A DNA stretch of 64,000 bases from a virus. Its lineage: Duplodnaviria; Heunggongvirae; Uroviricota; Caudoviricetes. Under the pieces are notes generated by a model that saw only the letters and a list, made by a program, of their open reading frames with translations, was not told where the DNA came from and did no database searches. This document shows positions 59,964 to 64,000 of this stretch, piece after piece. Location of the stretch: IMG/VR virus record IMGVR_UViG_651324052_000001, positions 96,603-160,602 of that record. One strand, given 5' to 3'. Numbering within the stretch: the stretch's first letter is position 1; each line of letters starts with the position of its first letter. The position numbers were made by a program, and so were the translations under genes.

Positions 59964-60476
59964 ATGAAACGAATTGCAAAATTTCAGAAAGTAAGTTACG
60001 AGCAGTTTACAGAGGGATGGATCGACACTTTTGGTATTACCAATGCAGAAGAAATTAAGACGATTTACGATCATATCAAACTTCCAAAGCGTGCTACTTC
60101 AGGATCGGCAGGATATGATTTCTATGCACCGGTGACATTGACACTGAAACCAGGGGAAACTGTGAAAGTTCCTACAGGAATCCGTGTGGAGATGGAAGAA
60201 AATTGGATTTTAAAATGTTATCCGAGAAGCGGGCTTGGATTCAAATATCGTCTGCAATTAGACAATACGGTTGGAATTATTGACAGCGATTACTTTTACT
60301 CTGATAATGAGGGGCATATTTTCGCAAAGATCACAAATGGTACAAACGAAAATAAAACCGTTGAGATTCCAGAAGGAACAGGATTTATGCAGGGAATCTT
60401 TGTAGAATATGGAATCACAGTTGACGATGATGTGACAAGTGTGAGAAACGGTGGTTTCGGAAGTACAGATAAATAA
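59964..60476 (+). CDS. dut: dUTP diphosphatase (trimeric dUTPase)
   Basis: AGYDF, PRSGLG, GIIDSDY, RNGGFGSTD motifs. Confidence 0.75.
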   Translation: MKRIAKFQKVSYEQFTEGWIDTFGITNAEEIKTIYDHIKLPKRATSGSAGYDFYAPVTLTLKPGETVKVPTGIRVEMEENWILKCYPRSGLGFKYRLQLDNTVGIIDSDYFYSDNEGHIFAKITNGTNENKTVEIPEGTGFMQGIFVEYGITVDDDVTSVRNGGFGSTDK

Positions 60477-60497
60477 AAATATAAGGAGGAATATAAA

Positions 60498-62011
60498 ATG
60501 AGCAAGCAGAAACCGAACGTATTTTCGGGGGGGGGGTAACTCCCTTGAATAATCGAAGAGTATTATTAAAATCGTATGTTTGGGGACATATTGTTTCAAA
60601 CAGATTGGCAAGTCTTTTAAATAGTATTAAAGGGAAATTTAAAGAACTAACATTGTCGGGTACTAGTGTGCAAGGAGAGAACCCAGCGCCGGACAATCCG
60701 CAGGAGATTAAGAGTGCAGGGCGAAAGAGTAGGAATCTGTTTGATATAACAAAATATGATAAATACGATGATACTTGGACAAACACGACATATACAACTA
60801 AGAAGCTTAAGCTAAAACCAAATACGACATATACAATAAGTTGTAAGAGGTTAGTAGATAAACCTAAACAATATGTCTTTTTTAATATTACGGAAGGGAT
60901 CGCAACCGGAAGAGGAATATATATACAAATAAAACCAGATTTAGCACTCAATTATTTTATAAGTAAGGGCACGTTCACGACAAATGATGTAGGGGAGATC
61001 ACTCTAAGCTATTATGTCGATTGTCCTAAAGAACAATATTGGTTTACGGAGGTAATTGGCGATATACAAATAGAAGAAGGAAACAAAGCAACCTCTTACG
61101 AGCCTTACACAGATAAATATCTGATTGATGTGAAAGTGACTGGAAAGAATCTGTTAAATTTGCAAAAAGAACCTGATGTGAAAGGCACTTATCAAGGTTG
61201 GAAAGTAGGAGATGGTAAAAAAACTATTGTCTTGAGTATTGAAGACAAAGGTAATAATGCGGATATAACAAAATGTAGTATTGGAGTAAGCGGAAATGGC
61301 ATCAATCCTAATGATGGACTTGGTTGGATAGTACAAGACGGAACGATTTTAAGAAGTGAAATCAAAACTACTAACCCATATGTCACTATATATCCTCCAA
61401 ATGAAACGGCTGTACAGAAGTTTTTAGATCGATTTGAAATACAAGTTGAATATGGAACCACTGCTACCCCTTATGAACCTTACGCCGAGCAATCCCTACA
61501 AATCGCCCTAAACGAGCCATTAAGAGGTGTTGGAGAGTATAAGGACATGCTTACAAAGGATGGGGTTGTGCGGAAGATTAAACAGATTACAGTAAATGAA
61601 AAAAGCAATCTAATATTTTATACGGAAAGTAAAAATACGCTTGGGTACTTGGTTAAAGTGCCTGACGCAACACAAACAAATTACACTTACTCTGTAATCT
61701 CTGACAGGTTTGTAAAAACACAGTATATTGACAGTAACGACACTAACGGAGTAGTTACTCTGTTTGCTCAACAAATAATATTTAGAGTAAGCAAAGAAAT
61801 TGCTAATAACATATATACATTAAAAGAGTGGTTAGTTGATAATAACATAACATTTAATTATGTACTGGAATCGCCTATCACCGAACCTCTCCCGGAATCT
61901 GTACAAGCACAATTATCAGCTTTGCACAGTGAGAACGGAGTGACACATGTGTTTGTGGATAGTGGAGAAGTAGAAGCAGGAATTAGTGTAACATACAAAC
62001 AAAAGAAATAG
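60498..62011 (+). CDS. tail-fibre / receptor-binding-like protein with a poly-G tract in the 5' end
   Basis: ATG 60498 after AAGGAGG gives MSKQKPNVFSGGG* because of G10; the 488-aa body (track 60545..62011) is in the -1 frame; internal repeats ...ATSYEPY / ...ATPYEPY. Confidence 0.5.
60527..60536 (+). repeat. G10 homopolymer tract
   Basis: Ten consecutive G in a roughly 30%-GC genome, 10 codons into a structural gene. Confidence 0.9.
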
Positions 62012-62024
62012 TGGAGAAACATCT

Positions 62025-62210
62025 ATGGAGATATTACTTATTTTAGTAGTATCAGCCATAATCACATATCTGTTATTTTATTTTACAGGAGGCAAAGAAA
62101 TCCTATTAGATGAGATGATTTATTTTTTGATCACAGATATTTTTATATCATTGTTTCTGATAGGATTTTATGCCTTATTTTTAAGTGATTGGCTGATGAG
62201 AATTTTATAA
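62025..62210 (+). CDS. small membrane protein
   Basis: Two TM helices. Confidence 0.4.
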   Translation: MEILLILVVSAIITYLLFYFTGGKEILLDEMIYFLITDIFISLFLIGFYALFLSDWLMRIL

Positions 62211-62239
62211 ATAACAAACGATATATAAGGAGAGATAGA

Positions 62240-64000
62240 TTGAATAAGACAGAAAGAATTAAAGAATTGACAAAAAAGCTAAACGAATACAGAAACGCGT
62301 ATTATAACGAATCAGAGTCAATTATATCCGATTATGAGTATGACAAACTATATGACGAACTAGAAAAGTTAGAGAATGAAACTGGACTTTCATTTGCAAA
62401 TTCACCTACCAAAACAGTTGGTTTTGAAGTGAAGTCTGAGTTAGAAAAAGTCAAACATACACATCCAATGCTTTCTCTTGACAAAACCAAATCAGTAGAC
62501 GACCTAAGAAAATTTGCCAGTGACAAGGATTGTATTTTGAGTTTGAAGATGGATGGATTGACTTGCCTTTTGACATACGAAAACGGGGTATTAGTACAGG
62601 CAGAAACTCGTGGCAATGGTGATGTCGGAGAGGTAATCACACATAATGCAAATGTGTTTGAAAATATTCCTCTTACAATTGAGTATAAAGGTCATTTCGA
62701 AATTGAGGGAGAGGCGATTATTGCATATGATGATTTTAAGAAAATCAACGAGTCACTTCCAGAGGATAAGAAATATAAAAATCCGAGAAATTTAGTTTCG
62801 GGATCTGTACGACAATTAGATAATAAAATTGCAGCACAACGACATATTAAATTCATTGCTTGGAAAGTTCCAACAGAAGTACCAGAGGGAATCTGTTCAA
62901 ATTCATTTTTACATAGATTAATGTATACAAAAGACCTTGGGTTTGAAATTGTTCCACTCTTTACATATTCAGGCAAAAGTGATAAAGAAAATCTTCCGGA
63001 TATGATTGAATCTTTAAAAACAAAAGCACATGATTACGGCTATCCTATCGACGGCTTAGTCATGACGTATAACGATATTCAGTATGGTGAATCATTAGGG
63101 CTTACTGGACATCATCCAAGGCATTCTATTGCTTACAAATTTTACGATGAAGAATTCGAAACGACATTAAAAAATATCGAATGGACTATGGGCAAAAGCG
63201 GTAGTCTAACTCCAACGGCTGTATTTGAACCGGTAGAGATTGATGGAACTATGGTGGAACGTGCTTCATTACATAATATGAGTATTTTTAAGGATTTGGA
63301 ATTATCACATGGGGATACAATTACTGTATTCAAGGCTAATCAAATTATCCCGCAAGTATCAGATAATCTCGACCGTACATTAAACAACTTATGTATTCCA
63401 CCTAGCACATGTCCAATCTGTGGAGGAAAAACAGAGATTATTAAAGATAATGACACAGAGGTTCTTATGTGCTCTAACTCTAATTGCAAAGGTAAACTGT
63501 TGGGTAAATTATCCGCATTTGTAAGTCGAAATAAAATGAATATTGACGGGCTTTCAGAAGAAACGTTATCCAAATTTATTGCTAGAGGTTGGTTGACGTG
63601 CTTCTCAGATATTTATAAGCTAAAGGATTATTATATCCATATGATTAATATGTCTGGGTTTGGCAGAAAATCAATCGACAAATTACTCGACTCCATTGAA
63701 AAGAGTAGAAGTGTAGAACTGAACAGATTTATTGCTGCTTTATCTATTCCAGGAGTAGGAGATAGCACAGCCAAAGATATTTCTAAACACTGTGAATACG
63801 ACTTTGACACATTTGTGATGAGATTAATTGATAAATATAACTGGAGCATTATTGATGGTATTGGAGAGAAAACTAGTCAACAGATTAATGAATGGATTGA
63901 TGACAGTAGCAACAGAGAAGATTTTAGAAAATTATTACAAACCATTATTCCGGTAAAACCGAATGAAGGTAACAGTACAGATAATACACTTTCAGGAAAA
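62240..64000 (+). CDS. ligA: NAD-dependent DNA ligase LigA (3' partial, runs off window)
   Basis: TTG start after AAGGAGAG; adenylation motif KMDG; CPICGG...C...C zinc finger; the frame is open to position 64000. Confidence 0.8.
   Translation, partial: MNKTERIKELTKKLNEYRNAYYNESESIISDYEYDKLYDELEKLENETGLSFANSPTKTVGFEVKSELEKVKHTHPMLSLDKTKSVDDLRKFASDKDCILSLKMDGLTCLLTYENGVLVQAETRGNGDVGEVITHNANVFENIPLTIEYKGHFEIEGEAIIAYDDFKKINESLPEDKKYKNPRNLVSGSVRQLDNKIAAQRHIKFIAWKVPTEVPEGICSNSFLHRLMYTKDLGFEIVPLFTYSGKSDKENLPDMIESLKTKAHDYGYPIDGLVMTYNDIQYGESLGLTGHHPRHSIAYKFYDEEFETTLKNIEWTMGKSGSLTPTAVFEPVEIDGTMVERASLHNMSIFKDLELSHGDTITVFKANQIIPQVSDNLDRTLNNLCIPPSTCPICGGKTEIIKDNDTEVLMCSNSNCKGKLLGKLSAFVSRNKMNIDGLSEETLSKFIARGWLTCFSDIYKLKDYYIHMINMSGFGRKSIDKLLDSIEKSRSVELNRFIAALSIPGVGDSTAKDISKHCEYDFDTFVMRLIDKYNWSIIDGIGEKTSQQINEWIDDSSNREDFRKLLQTIIPVKPNEGNSTDNTLSGK

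Noticed and set aside
1-64000. CRISPR array, integrase/attachment site or transposase
   Set aside because: No regularly spaced direct repeats of 25-40 bp, no recombinase-like ORF, and no compositional junction of the kind that marks a prophage end.

Overview
This 64-kb window is very AT-rich (roughly 30% GC) and almost entirely coded on the + strand. It reads as one colinear block of a large virulent phage of a low-GC, probably anaerobic, Firmicute: the ribosome-binding sites are strong AGGAGG-type, and it carries anaerobic NrdDG plus FolD/ThyA. I found no rRNA, tRNA, CRISPR array, integrase or transposase.

Gene order, left to right:
- Many small 'early' genes, including a clear MazF/EndoA-family toxin, a sigma-factor-like protein, a DUF262 protein, lipoproteins and an HNH endonuclease.
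- A metallophosphoesterase and a large protein with a TerD-like domain.
- An overlapping DNA methyltransferase / SNF2-helicase pair.
- A PP-loop ATPase, an HTH regulator and an RlmN/Cfr-like radical-SAM methylase, followed by a sigma-70 factor, an OB-fold RNA ligase and a polynucleotide kinase. I read this stretch as an RNA-modification and RNA-repair island.
- A nucleotidyltransferase and a split DHH-DHHA1 phosphoesterase.
- A replication module: SSB-like protein, AAA ATPase, DnaB-like helicase, primase, PD-(D/E)XK exonuclease, DnaE-type polymerase and an SF1 helicase.
- A nucleotide-metabolism operon: FolD, a ThyA homologue, a guanylate-kinase-like NMP kinase, NrdD/NrdG and dUTPase.
- A tail-fibre-like gene whose 5' end carries a G10 tract, then a NAD-dependent DNA ligase that runs off the window.

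At least ten genes are broken at homopolymer tracts, which is either systematic assembly error or recoding. Two GC-rich, ORF-free, repeat-bearing islands remain unexplained. A conserved promoter-like motif recurs at two transcription-unit boundaries. Only a subset of start coordinates was checked by hand against the sequence lines; functional calls rest on motifs recalled from memory.
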